DNA of 52,749 nt from Chloroflexota bacterium (GTDB lineage Bacteria; Chloroflexota; Dehalococcoidia; SM23-28-2; RBG-16-64-32), in contig JADFRV010000001.1 of assembly GCA_022561095.1 (NCBI GenBank), forward strand, positions 11,243-63,991. Reading direction: 5' to 3'. Shown in pieces: positions 1 through 7,282 of this stretch. Positions within the stretch are counted from its first letter, which is position 1. Each line of letters begins with the position of its first letter. The position numbers were made by a program, and so were the translations under genes. The notes under the pieces are model-generated. The model was given only the letters and a program-made list of their open reading frames with translations. It had not been told where the DNA came from and did not search any database.

Positions 1-80
1 AAGAGGGGCTTGAACCACTCAGGATGCTCATAGAAGACAGCGATCGACCGATCGCTAGCTTGTTGATTCCGACGGGTCAT
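1..80 (-). CDS. 5' fragment (first 26 codons) of a probable ATP-grasp family ligase; continues past the window start
   Basis: ATG at 80-78 with GGTGGAG 8 nt upstream. Translation is MTRRNQQASDRSIAVFYEHPEWFKPLF. The YEHPEWFKPLF N-terminus recalls RimK/glutathione-synthetase-like ATP-grasp proteins. This is from memory, and only 26 aa are visible. Confidence 0.35.
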   Translation of the reverse strand, partial: MTRRNQQASDRSIAVFYEHPEWFKPL

Positions 81-170
81 TTCAGCGCTCCACCTAAATA
101 TGATACCCCATTGCAATAACAGGGGAACAAACCTAACAGACCGCATCCTGGTTTGAGTAGCTTTTATATC

Positions 171-267
171 TGGCGGGAGTGCATGGGAGTCGAACCCACC
201 CGGGACGGGACAACCGCCCCGCAACGGTTTTGAAGACCGCGAGGCCCACCGGGACCCTTCCACTCCC
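171..267 (-). tRNA. selC: tRNA-Sec (anticodon UCA), selC-like
   Basis: Reverse complement is GGGAGTGGAAGGGTCCCGGTGGGCCTCGCGGTCTTCAAAACCGTTGCGGGGCGGTTGTCCCGTCCCGGGTGGGTTCGACTCCCATGCACTCCCGCCA (97 nt). Anticodon loop CUUCAAA is identical to E. coli selC. It has a 6-bp D stem (GGGTCC/GGGCCT) with 4-nt loop CGGT, and an ~8-bp variable arm (CGGGGCGG/CCGTCCCG). T arm is GTGGG-TTCGACT-CCCAT, followed by G73 and an encoded CCA. Acceptor position 8 is a G-G mismatch. A TATACT -10-like box lies 8 nt upstream of the 5' end. Confidence 0.85.
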
Positions 268-309
268 GCATCGGCAGTATACAGGGTCAGGGGAGAGCCG
301 GGAGCCAGA

Positions 310-334
310 AAGGAGGCCCTGCCGAACCCTCCTT
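310..334 (-). terminator. Candidate weak terminator hairpin after trxB
   Basis: On the minus strand, AAGGAGG-(11 nt)-CCTCCTT followed by TCTGG. The stem overlaps the trxB TAA stop. The U-tract is poor. Confidence 0.25.
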
Positions 335-1262
335 AAACGGGGAAGTTGCTGCTGAGGTAGTGCTCGGCGGCGATGGCGGCGGTGGCGCCGTCGCCGGCGG
401 AGCTGACGACCTGACGGGCGGAGTTGCGGCGGGCATCGCCGGCGACGTACAGGCCCGGCCGCTCCGTCTCCATCCACTCGTTCACCACCGCGTGCCCTCC
501 CTCGTCAATCGGAACCAGCCCGCCGAGGAAGTCCGTGTTGGGGTGCTGGCCGATGAAGATGAACACGGCGGCCACATCCAAACTGCTGTCTTCGCCCGTC
601 TCCCGGTTACGGAGACGCACGCCGGTCACGGCCTCCTCGCCCAGTATCTCAGTGACTACCGTGTTCCAGACGAACTCCATCTTAGGGTTAGCGAACGCCC
701 GTTCCTGGAGGATGGCGCTGGCCCGCAACCGGTCGCGACGGTGGATGACGGAGATCTTGTCGACGTGGCGGGTGGTGAACAACCCCTCGTCCATGGCGGC
801 GTCGCCGCCGCCGACAACGGCCACATGTTGCCCCTTGAAGAAGGCGGCATCGCAGGTGGCGCAGTAGGAGACGCCGCGGCCGGTGAGACGCTCCTCGCCG
901 GGGACGCCCAGCTTGTTGTAGTCGGCGCCAGCGGTGACGATCACGGCCCTGGCCAAGTACTCATCCTCAGCCGTGCGTACCAGCCACACCTTTCCATCCC
1001 GCTCAAGCGCCTTCGTCTCGACGAACTGCGTCTCCATGCCGCAGCTCTCAGCCTGCTTGAGCATCGCCTGAGCCAGATCGAAGCCGTTGATGGAAGGGAT
1101 GCCCGGGTAGTTCTCCACAAGCTCCGTAAGAGAGATCTGCCCGCCGATTACCCCCTTCTCCAAGAGGACAGTCTTACGGCGGGCGCGGCCCGCATATAAA
1201 CCGGCGGCGAGGCCAGCTGGCCCGCCACCGATGATCACGATCTCGTATTCCTGTCGGGCCAC
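333..1262 (-). CDS. trxB: Thioredoxin-disulfide reductase
   Basis: 309 aa. FAD motif VIIGGGPAGLAAGLYA, redox-active CATCDAAFF, NADPH motif VAVVGGGDAAMDEG. Confidence 0.95.
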   Translation of the reverse strand: MARQEYEIVIIGGGPAGLAAGLYAGRARRKTVLLEKGVIGGQISLTELVENYPGIPSINGFDLAQAMLKQAESCGMETQFVETKALERDGKVWLVRTAEDEYLARAVIVTAGADYNKLGVPGEERLTGRGVSYCATCDAAFFKGQHVAVVGGGDAAMDEGLFTTRHVDKISVIHRRDRLRASAILQERAFANPKMEFVWNTVVTEILGEEAVTGVRLRNRETGEDSSLDVAAVFIFIGQHPNTDFLGGLVPIDEGGHAVVNEWMETERPGLYVAGDARRNSARQVVSSAGDGATAAIAAEHYLSSNFPV

Positions 1263-1275
1263 AGCCCAGCGACCC

Positions 1276-1602
1276 CTAGGCTAGCGCCTTCTCGATCGTC
1301 TTCTTAAGGTCTCCCTTGGGCCGGAACCCGATTATCTGATCGACGGCCTCGCCGCCCTTGAACATCAGCAATGTAGGTATGCTGCGAATGCCGTACTTAG
1401 CGGCCGTGTTAATTTCATCGTCAGTGTTGAGCTTGAGGAACTTCACCTTGCCGTCGTACTCCTCGGCCAGCTCCTCCACCACGGGGGCGACCATGCGGCA
1501 GGGGCCACACCAGGGGGCCCAGAAATCAACGAGCACCGGCTTATCCGACTTAAGAACCTCGGCCTCGAAGCTGCCGTCTGTAACGTCTGCGGGTTTGCTC
1601 AT
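1276..1602 (-). CDS. trxA: Thioredoxin
   Basis: 108 aa with [14 protein letters not shown] active site; 13 nt upstream of trxB. Confidence 0.95.
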   Translation of the reverse strand: MSKPADVTDGSFEAEVLKSDKPVLVDFWAPWCGPCRMVAPVVEELAEEYDGKVKFLKLNTDDEINTAAKYGIRSIPTLLMFKGGEAVDQIIGFRPKGDLKKTIEKALA

Positions 1603-1662
1603 CCCATCCTCCTGCTATTCTTGCTATCGCTGCTATCCTATCACCGATACGGAGCGAAGGCC

Positions 1663-1692
1663 TTGACTGGTTCGCTAGAGTGATGGTAGCAT
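1663..1692 (+). promoter_or_regulatory. Candidate sigma-70-type promoter of csoR
   Basis: TTGACT (1663-1668), 18-nt spacer, TAGCAT (1687-1692). The predicted TSS is only ~6 nt before the ATG at 1706. Confidence 0.4.
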
Positions 1693-1707
1693 ACCCCATA
1701 GGGGTAT
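1691..1707. promoter_or_regulatory. CsoR-type operator (perfect 17-bp palindrome)
   Basis: ATACCCCATAGGGGTAT is a perfect inverted repeat. It overlaps the -10 element and the first two bases of the csoR ATG. It resembles GC-tract CsoR operators of the TACCC...GGGTA type. Confidence 0.6.
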
Positions 1708-2023
1708 GTCAACGCAGGAGCGATACGAGATGGCGCAAGACACCAAGGTAGACGCTGAGGCTCTCCTCGCGCGGCTCCGCCGCATCGAGGGCCAGATACG
1801 GGGCATTCACCGCATGGTGTCCGAGGACCGGATGTGCGAGGACGTGCTGACGCAGCTGATGGCGGCGCGCAGCGGCCTGGACCAGGTGGGGCTGCTGATC
1901 ATGGACCAGCACATTGAGAGCTGCCTGCTGGCCGGCCTCCCCGCGGACAAGGGGCTGCGCAACCTCCAGTCCGCCTTGCGAATGTGGCTGCGCTTCGGCG
2001 CGACGGCCGCGCCCCAAGACTAA
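1706..2023 (+). CDS. csoR: CsoR/RcnR-family metal-sensing transcriptional repressor (Cu(I)-type C-H-C ligand set)
   Basis: 105 aa. Contains LARLRRIEGQIRGIHRMV. Cys44/His69/Cys73 have the 25- and 4-residue spacing of CsoR Cu(I) ligands. Confidence 0.85.
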   Translation: MSTQERYEMAQDTKVDAEALLARLRRIEGQIRGIHRMVSEDRMCEDVLTQLMAARSGLDQVGLLIMDQHIESCLLAGLPADKGLRNLQSALRMWLRFGATAAPQD

Positions 2024-2081
2024 CCGCTGCCCTCGGCAGCTGCAGGTGAAGCCCTGCTCCAAGCCATCGTAACGAGCTACA

Positions 2082-2110
2082 TTGAAGCTAGTCCTTACAT
2101 ATGATATAAT
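2082..2110 (+). promoter_or_regulatory. Strong candidate promoter (extended -10) for the small membrane protein gene
   Basis: TTGAAG (2082-2087), 17-nt spacer, TGaTATAAT (2102-2110). Confidence 0.55.
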
Positions 2111-2147
2111 ACTGACTGGTCGGTATGTTACAGAAAGGATATACACG

Positions 2148-2348
2148 ATGCTGACGGCGCTGATCATCGCTACGACAGCGACCGCACTGGTATTGGCCAT
2201 AGCGGTCATCACAGTCCTGACAGGCTGGTTCCCCCGGCTGGCGGCCCTGGCCGCACTCAGCCTGGAGTCGCTCCTCTGCCGCGGCGAGCCGCTGCGGCTC
2301 AACCCGCGCGACCGGGCCGAGCTGATCGCCCGCCTGTGGGTCCCCTAA
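2148..2348 (+). CDS. Hypothetical small membrane protein (66 aa, one predicted TM helix)
   Basis: ATG at 2148 preceded by AAAGGA 8 nt upstream. Begins MLTALIIATTATALVLAIAVITVLTGWF, followed by a charged tail. The ORF-track start at 2082 lies inside the promoter. No family recognised. Confidence 0.45.
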   Translation: MLTALIIATTATALVLAIAVITVLTGWFPRLAALAALSLESLLCRGEPLRLNPRDRAELIARLWVP

Positions 2349-2378
2349 TTGGCCCCATGATGCGAGCCGGGGTATAAT
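2349..2378 (+). promoter_or_regulatory. Candidate promoter of the TetR gene; geometry implies a leaderless mRNA
   Basis: TTGGCC (2349-2354), 18-nt spacer, TATAAT (2373-2378). The ATG at 2388 is 9 nt after the -10 box and no Shine-Dalgarno is present. Confidence 0.55.
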
Positions 2379-2387
2379 CGCCCCACT

Positions 2388-3008
2388 ATGACCGCAGTGC
2401 TCAAAGACCCACCGCGGCGACGCCGCGGCCAGGACACCCGCGCGCGCCTGATGGAGGCCGCCATGGGCGTCCTCGCCCGCTCCGGCTTCGACCGGGCAAC
2501 GGTGGACGAGATCGTGCGGGAGGCAGGCTTCTCCAAGGGCGCCTTCTACGTCCACTTCGAAACCAAAGAGGACCTGTTCTGGGCTATGCTGGAGGAGCGC
2601 ATCTCCCGCCAGCAGGAGGCGTTCCGCCAGGCGGTGGCGCACACCCAGCCCCTGGCCGATAACATGCGGATGATCCTGAGCGGGGTGTTCGGGCTACTGC
2701 GCGATGACCCGCTATGGGGCTCTCTATACGCGGAGTTCGCCGCCCATGCCTCCCGCAACGAGAAGGTGCGCCAGCGGCTGGCAGCGATGTACGAACGCTG
2801 GCGAGAGTTGATCGTAGATATACTCAGCGCCAGCCGTGATGCCGGGCGCACACGCAAAGACATCGACTTGCAGTTCGCCGCCACTCTTCTCATCGCGACC
2901 GTTGAGGGCAGCATCATGCAGTCGCACCTGGCGCCGGAAACCGTGCGCCTGGAAGCGATGCTGGAGCCGCTGACGCGCACGCTATCCGAGTGGCTGGCGC
3001 CGGACTAG
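2388..3008 (+). CDS. TetR/AcrR family transcriptional regulator
   Basis: 206 aa. N-terminal HTH region RARLMEAAMGVLARSGFDRATVDEIVREAGFSKGAFYVHFETKEDLF. Confidence 0.9.
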   Translation: MTAVLKDPPRRRRGQDTRARLMEAAMGVLARSGFDRATVDEIVREAGFSKGAFYVHFETKEDLFWAMLEERISRQQEAFRQAVAHTQPLADNMRMILSGVFGLLRDDPLWGSLYAEFAAHASRNEKVRQRLAAMYERWRELIVDILSASRDAGRTRKDIDLQFAATLLIATVEGSIMQSHLAPETVRLEAMLEPLTRTLSEWLAPD

Positions 3009-3012
3009 AGAG

Positions 3013-3034
3013 CCCCGGACTTCAGGCGTCGGGG
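3013..3034. terminator. Candidate bidirectional hairpin between convergent TetR gene and plsX
   Basis: CCCCGGAC-ttcaggc-GTCGGGG with one bulge, followed by TTGCTCT. Weak U-tract. Confidence 0.25.
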
Positions 3035-3039
3035 TTGCT

Positions 3040-4059
3040 CTATCCCGCCTCCCCTTTTCCCCTGCCCGGCGCTATCTCCCGCAACGCCTCAAGCATGCCC
3101 GACTGCGCGGCCTCACGGGCGACGCGCAGAGCGCTGTAGATAGCGCGGGCGTCGCTGCGGCCGTGGCCGACGAATACGAGCCCGTTCACGCCCAGCAGCG
3201 GCCCGGCGCCGTACTCCCGGTAGTCCAGCTTCTTGCGCATCTGATTGAAGGCGGGCATAAGGGCCAGACCCGCCGCCGCGTACCAGGGGCGGCTCTTGAT
3301 GGCAACCCGGAGCTGACCCATGATGAAGTCCACCATCCCCTCCATCGTCTTGATGACGACGTTCCCCGTGAAGCCATCGGTGACGATAACGTCGGCGATG
3401 TCGGTGGGGACGTCGCCTCCCTCTATGTTTCCGATGAAGTTGAGGTCGCTCCCGGCCAGCAGCTCGTAGGCCTCCTGGGCCAGCGTGCTCCCCTTCGCCT
3501 CCTCCTCGCCGATGTTCAGCAGCGCCACCTTGGGCCGCTCCACATCCCACACGTGCCGCATGTAAGCGGAGGCCATCCCCGCGAACTGGAGCAGGTAGTT
3601 CGGCTTGCAATCGGCGTTGGCGCCCACATCCAAGAAGGCGGTGAGCTTGCCTGAGAGCGGCATGAGGGCGACCAGCGTGGGCCGCTCGATCCCCTTGATG
3701 CGGCCCAGGTACATGATAGCGGCGGCCATTATCGCGCCGGTGTTCCCGGCCGAGACGAAGGCGCCGGCCTCCCCCTTCTTCACCATCCGCAGGCCCACAA
3801 CGATGGAGGAGTCCTTCTTGTGATGAGCCGCCTGGGCGGGCTTTTCGTCCATCTCGATCACCTCAGAGGCGGGAACGACGGTGATCGTATCGGGCTTGGG
3901 CCCGCGCCGCGCCAGGCAGGCGACGATCTCCTCAGGCCGCCCCACGAGAGCGACGTGTACGCCCAGCTCCTTGGCGGCGCGAACCGCCCCGGCCACGATC
4001 TCAATTGGGGCGTTATCGCCACCCATGGCGTCCAGGGCTATGATAGGATTGTCGCTCAC
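3040..4059 (-). CDS. plsX: Phosphate acyltransferase PlsX
   Basis: 339 aa. Contains IALDAMGGDNAP, VSAGNTGA and GVNGLVFVGHGRSD. Confidence 0.93.
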   Translation of the reverse strand: MSDNPIIALDAMGGDNAPIEIVAGAVRAAKELGVHVALVGRPEEIVACLARRGPKPDTITVVPASEVIEMDEKPAQAAHHKKDSSIVVGLRMVKKGEAGAFVSAGNTGAIMAAAIMYLGRIKGIERPTLVALMPLSGKLTAFLDVGANADCKPNYLLQFAGMASAYMRHVWDVERPKVALLNIGEEEAKGSTLAQEAYELLAGSDLNFIGNIEGGDVPTDIADVIVTDGFTGNVVIKTMEGMVDFIMGQLRVAIKSRPWYAAAGLALMPAFNQMRKKLDYREYGAGPLLGVNGLVFVGHGRSDARAIYSALRVAREAAQSGMLEALREIAPGRGKGEAG

Positions 4060-4091
4060 GCCCTTACTTTACCTCAGCCTAAAGCCTGTAC

Positions 4092-5273
4092 CTACTTCGA
4101 TGAGTCGAACTCCCGCTTCATCCGCTCTCGCAGATCGGCGTCCGTGAGGACGTCCACGGCGGTCATCGCCAGCGCCTTGGCCGAGTCCAGCAGCGCCTTG
4201 TGGCCGGCCTCGCTGGCGGCCATCTCGCGAAACTCCACCGTGTGAATCGGGATGTCCGGCGGCGCCACGGTGATGGAAGGATGAATGGCGGGGACGATGG
4301 CGCTGACGTTGCCCATGTCCGTGGAGCCCATGGAGCGACGCGACTCCGGCTCCATCACCTTGCGCCCCAACCCCTCGATGTTCGTGCGGTAGGCCTCAGC
4401 GAGCGCACGGTTGGAGTACATCGCCTTGTAGCGTGACTCCTCACCCCAGCGGTGCTCCAGCCGGCAGCCCGTCGCCTCCGCCGCCGCCTTGAAGCAGGCG
4501 AGCACCTTCTCCTTAAGCGCCTCATCAAGATAGACGTCATCCTCGGCGCGGATGAGGAGACTGGCCGCCGTGTGGTGAGGGATAACGTTAACCGCCTGGC
4601 CGCCATCGGTGATGATGCCGTGGATACGGGCAGAGTCGCGGAGCTGCTGGCGCAGGAGACCGATGTTGACGAAGGAGGCGATCATGGCGTCCAGGGCGTT
4701 CAGTCCGGCTTCGGGGCGGGCGGCGGCATGGGCCGCCCTGCCGTGAAACTCCACGTTCAGCTCCAGGCAGGCGAGGGCGTAGCTGACGGCGACATCCCGG
4801 TTGCCGGGATGGGCCATCATGGCACAGGTCAGCCCTTTGAACGCGCCTCGGTCCGCCATGTACACCTTCCCCCCGGCCGCCTCCTCGGCTGGCGTGCCGA
4901 TCACCAGCACCGTGCCGCCCGTCTCGTCCACCACCGACTTGGCCGCGAGGCCGGCGGCGGTGGAGGCGGTGCCGATGATGTTGTGGCCGCAGCCGTGCCC
5001 GACCCCCGGCAGAGCATCGTATTCGGCCAGGATCGCCACTCTCGGCTCTCCCCGACCGTATGAGGCGCGGAAAGCGGTGGCTATCTTGCAGATGCCCCGC
5101 TCCAGGGCGAAGCCTTCGCCCTCCAGGTAGTCGGCCAGCCAGGCGGCGGCCTTCTCCTCCTGGAAAGCGATCTCCGGGTTGGCGTGGAGCTTGAGGCTGA
5201 GCGCGATAAGCTCATCGCGGCGGCGGTCCACATCGGAGATCACCTGCTTCTTGAGCCGGTTGCGGTCAGCCAT
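4092..5273 (-). CDS. M20-family amidohydrolase/metallopeptidase (M20D, AbgA/AmhX-like)
   Basis: 393 aa. Contains EYDALPGVGHGCGHNIIG and a dimerisation-domain pattern. Substrate unknown. Confidence 0.8.
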   Translation of the reverse strand: MADRNRLKKQVISDVDRRRDELIALSLKLHANPEIAFQEEKAAAWLADYLEGEGFALERGICKIATAFRASYGRGEPRVAILAEYDALPGVGHGCGHNIIGTASTAAGLAAKSVVDETGGTVLVIGTPAEEAAGGKVYMADRGAFKGLTCAMMAHPGNRDVAVSYALACLELNVEFHGRAAHAAARPEAGLNALDAMIASFVNIGLLRQQLRDSARIHGIITDGGQAVNVIPHHTAASLLIRAEDDVYLDEALKEKVLACFKAAAEATGCRLEHRWGEESRYKAMYSNRALAEAYRTNIEGLGRKVMEPESRRSMGSTDMGNVSAIVPAIHPSITVAPPDIPIHTVEFREMAASEAGHKALLDSAKALAMTAVDVLTDADLRERMKREFDSSK

Positions 5274-5461
5274 GTACGCACCGTCCTTTCCAGATTAGGC
5301 CGCTCCATTCTATAGACAATAGAGGCCGGGGGACAAGGAACGGAGGAACGATAGGGTCAAGCAACCCCGCGGTCTTCAGTGCACGGTGCCTGTTATACAA
5401 CTTGTCCCCCGCCAGTGCTTCTTGCCCCCAGTTTCCTGAGCTATACTCTACCCGCCTGGCC

Positions 5462-5977
5462 ATGGACCTGAAACGCTTCATCCGCGACGTGCCGGACTTC
5501 CCGGAGCCCGGGGTGCTGTTCCGCGACATCACGCCGCTGTTGCAGAACGCGCAGGCGTTTCGCTACACCATCGAGAAGCTCACGGAGCGGTTCGAGGACA
5601 GCGGCCTGGCGGCCGTCGTCGGGATCGAATCGCGCGGCTTCCTGTTCGCCGCGCCGCTGGCGAGCAATCTGGGCCTGCCGCTAGTGCCGGTGCGCAAGCC
5701 CGGCAAGCTCCCGGCGGCCCACATGCGAGTGGAGTACGCGCTCGAGTACGGCACCGGCGAGCTCGACATCCACAGCGACGCTCTGCACAGGGACACCGCC
5801 GTCGTCATCGTGGACGACCTGATCGCGACGGGCGGGACGGCGGTGGCCGCCGCCAAGCTGGTCGAGCTATTGGGGGCGCGGGTGAACGCGCTCGCCTTCG
5901 TGGTGGAGCTGGTCGACCTGGGCGGACGAAAGCGGCTGCAGGACTACGAACTGTTCTCGCTGATACGCTACGAGTGA
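5462..5977 (+). CDS. apt: Adenine phosphoribosyltransferase
   Basis: ATG at 5462 gives MDLKRFIRDVPDFPEPGVLFRDITPLL. PRPP motif VVIVDDLIATGGTA. The ORF-track start at 5402 is a non-homologous extension. Confidence 0.92.
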   Translation: MDLKRFIRDVPDFPEPGVLFRDITPLLQNAQAFRYTIEKLTERFEDSGLAAVVGIESRGFLFAAPLASNLGLPLVPVRKPGKLPAAHMRVEYALEYGTGELDIHSDALHRDTAVVIVDDLIATGGTAVAAAKLVELLGARVNALAFVVELVDLGGRKRLQDYELFSLIRYE

Positions 5978-6074
5978 AGGGGCACGGGGAAGAGGCCGGC
6001 GCGAGCTGCCTCAATCGCCTTGACAGCACCTATAGCGGACAGCTACCATCGAGGCACAATCGAACAGGGCAGCA

Positions 6075-6187
6075 CTCTTATCCAGAGCGGTGGAGGGAAC
6101 GGCCCGACGAAGCCCGGCAACCGACTGGGATCCAGTCCCGTACGGTGCCAACTCCGACCCCTGCCCGAGGCGGGGGGAAGATGAGAG
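6075..6187 (+). promoter_or_regulatory. SAM-I (S-box) riboswitch aptamer
   Basis: CTCTTATCCAGAGCGGTGGAGGGAACGGCCCGACGAAGCCCGGCAACC...GGTGCCAACTCCGAC...GGAAGATGAGAG matches the S-box consensus essentially base for base. The matched elements are P1 CTCTTATC/GATGAGAG, GGTGGAGGGA, GGCCCGA-GAA-CCCGGCAACC and GGTGCCAA-TCC. Confidence 0.93.
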
Positions 6188-6198
6188 TGGAGTTACCA

Positions 6199-6225
6199 GA
6201 CTTCTCCACCGTGCGAGAAGTTTTT
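6199..6225 (+). terminator. Candidate riboswitch expression-platform terminator
   Basis: GACTTCTC-caccgtgc-GAGAAGTT followed by TTTTT, 12 nt after the aptamer. A competing hairpin GTGGAG(6187)...CTCCAC(6209) shares the CTTCTCCAC segment. Confidence 0.5.
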
Positions 6226-6247
6226 GCTGCCTGGAACTGGGAACGGC

Positions 6248-7282
6248 ATGATCCCTATCGAATGGCTGCCGGACGGCCGCGTACGGCTAATAGACCAGAC
6301 GAAGCTCCCCCACGATGAGACCTACCTGGAGACCTCCGATTATCGCGACTTGGTGACGGCGATCAGCCAGATGAAGGTGCGCGGAGCCCCCCTCATAGGC
6401 ATCACCGCCGCCTACGCGCTGGCCCTCGCCTCCCGCGAGACGAGCGCAACCGATAGGGACGAGCTCATGTCGCGGCTGCGTACAGCGGCCGAGGAGCTGC
6501 GCGCAACCCGACCGACGGCGGTGAACCTGGCCTGGGCGCTGGAGCGTGCGCTCCGGGTCGCCGAGGGCGCCACCGACCCCCAGAGTGCCATCGACGCCTT
6601 GGAGACCGAGGCCCGCCGCATCCATGAGGAGGACGTCGCGGCCTGCCACGCCATCGGAGCCAACGGCGCCTCCCTTCTGGACGCGGAAACCACCCTTCTC
6701 ACCCACTGCAACACAGGCTCCCTGGCCACCGGCGGCTATGGCACCGCCCTGGGCGTGGTACGCGCGGCCTGGGAGCAGGGCAAGCTGGAACGCGTATACG
6801 TTACGGAGACGCGACCCCTGCTTCAGGGAGCGCGTCTGACCGCCTGGGAGCTCCAGCGAGAAGGTATCCCTTTTACGCTGGCGGTGGACAGCGCCGCCGG
6901 ATCGCTCCTGCGGCGCGGCCTGGTGCGGGCCGTGGTGGTCGGGGCGGACCGCATCGCCGCCAACGGCGACCTGGCGAACAAGATCGGGACATACACGCTG
7001 GCGGTGCTGGCCGGGGAGAACGGCGTCCCCTTCTATGCGGCGGCGCCCACCAGCACCATCGACCCGAACACGCCCAGCGGCGACGATATCCCCATCGAGG
7101 AGCGCGACCCGGCAGAGGTCACCGCCCTGGTGGGAATGGGCACGACAGCGGCCAACCCGGCCTTCGACGTGACGCCCTCCCGCTACGTGAGCGCGATCAT
7201 CACCGAGAACGGCGTGGCCAGCCCGCCCTACAAGGAGTCCCTGGTCGCTCTCCTGAGGGAGGAGGCGCCCTCCCGTGGCTGA
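6248..7282 (+). CDS. mtnA: S-methyl-5-thioribose-1-phosphate isomerase
   Basis: ATG at 6248 gives MIPIEWLPDGRVRLIDQTKLP...MKVRGAPLIGITAAYALA...GADRIAANGD (eIF-2B-related MtnA pattern). Confidence 0.9.
   Translation: MIPIEWLPDGRVRLIDQTKLPHDETYLETSDYRDLVTAISQMKVRGAPLIGITAAYALALASRETSATDRDELMSRLRTAAEELRATRPTAVNLAWALERALRVAEGATDPQSAIDALETEARRIHEEDVAACHAIGANGASLLDAETTLLTHCNTGSLATGGYGTALGVVRAAWEQGKLERVYVTETRPLLQGARLTAWELQREGIPFTLAVDSAAGSLLRRGLVRAVVVGADRIAANGDLANKIGTYTLAVLAGENGVPFYAAAPTSTIDPNTPSGDDIPIEERDPAEVTALVGMGTTAANPAFDVTPSRYVSAIITENGVASPPYKESLVALLREEAPSRG

Noticed and set aside
42-59. GCGATCG-containing palindromes (AGCGATCGacCGATCGCT here; GCGATCGC at about 15830, 28575 and 50224) reminiscent of cyanobacterial HIP1.
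   Set aside because: Three or four copies in 52.7 kb of high-GC DNA is close to a rough chance expectation of ~2, and there is no positional pattern.
133-477. 114-aa minus-strand ORF spanning the trxB 3' end and the tRNA.
   Set aside because: It overlaps a well-formed tRNA-Sec and the real trxB frame, and its translation is Arg-rich nonsense.
333-1602. Possibility that trxB or trxA next to tRNA-Sec are selenoproteins.
   Set aside because: Both active sites encode Cys (CATC, WCGPC). The frames are uninterrupted by TGA and trxB ends in TAA.
5419-5447. TATACT box 15 nt before the apt ATG as another leaderless-type promoter.
   Set aside because: The best -35 candidates are poor (TTCTTG at 17 nt, TTGCCC at 14 nt), and the 5' UTR would be ~8 nt, which is an ambiguous case.
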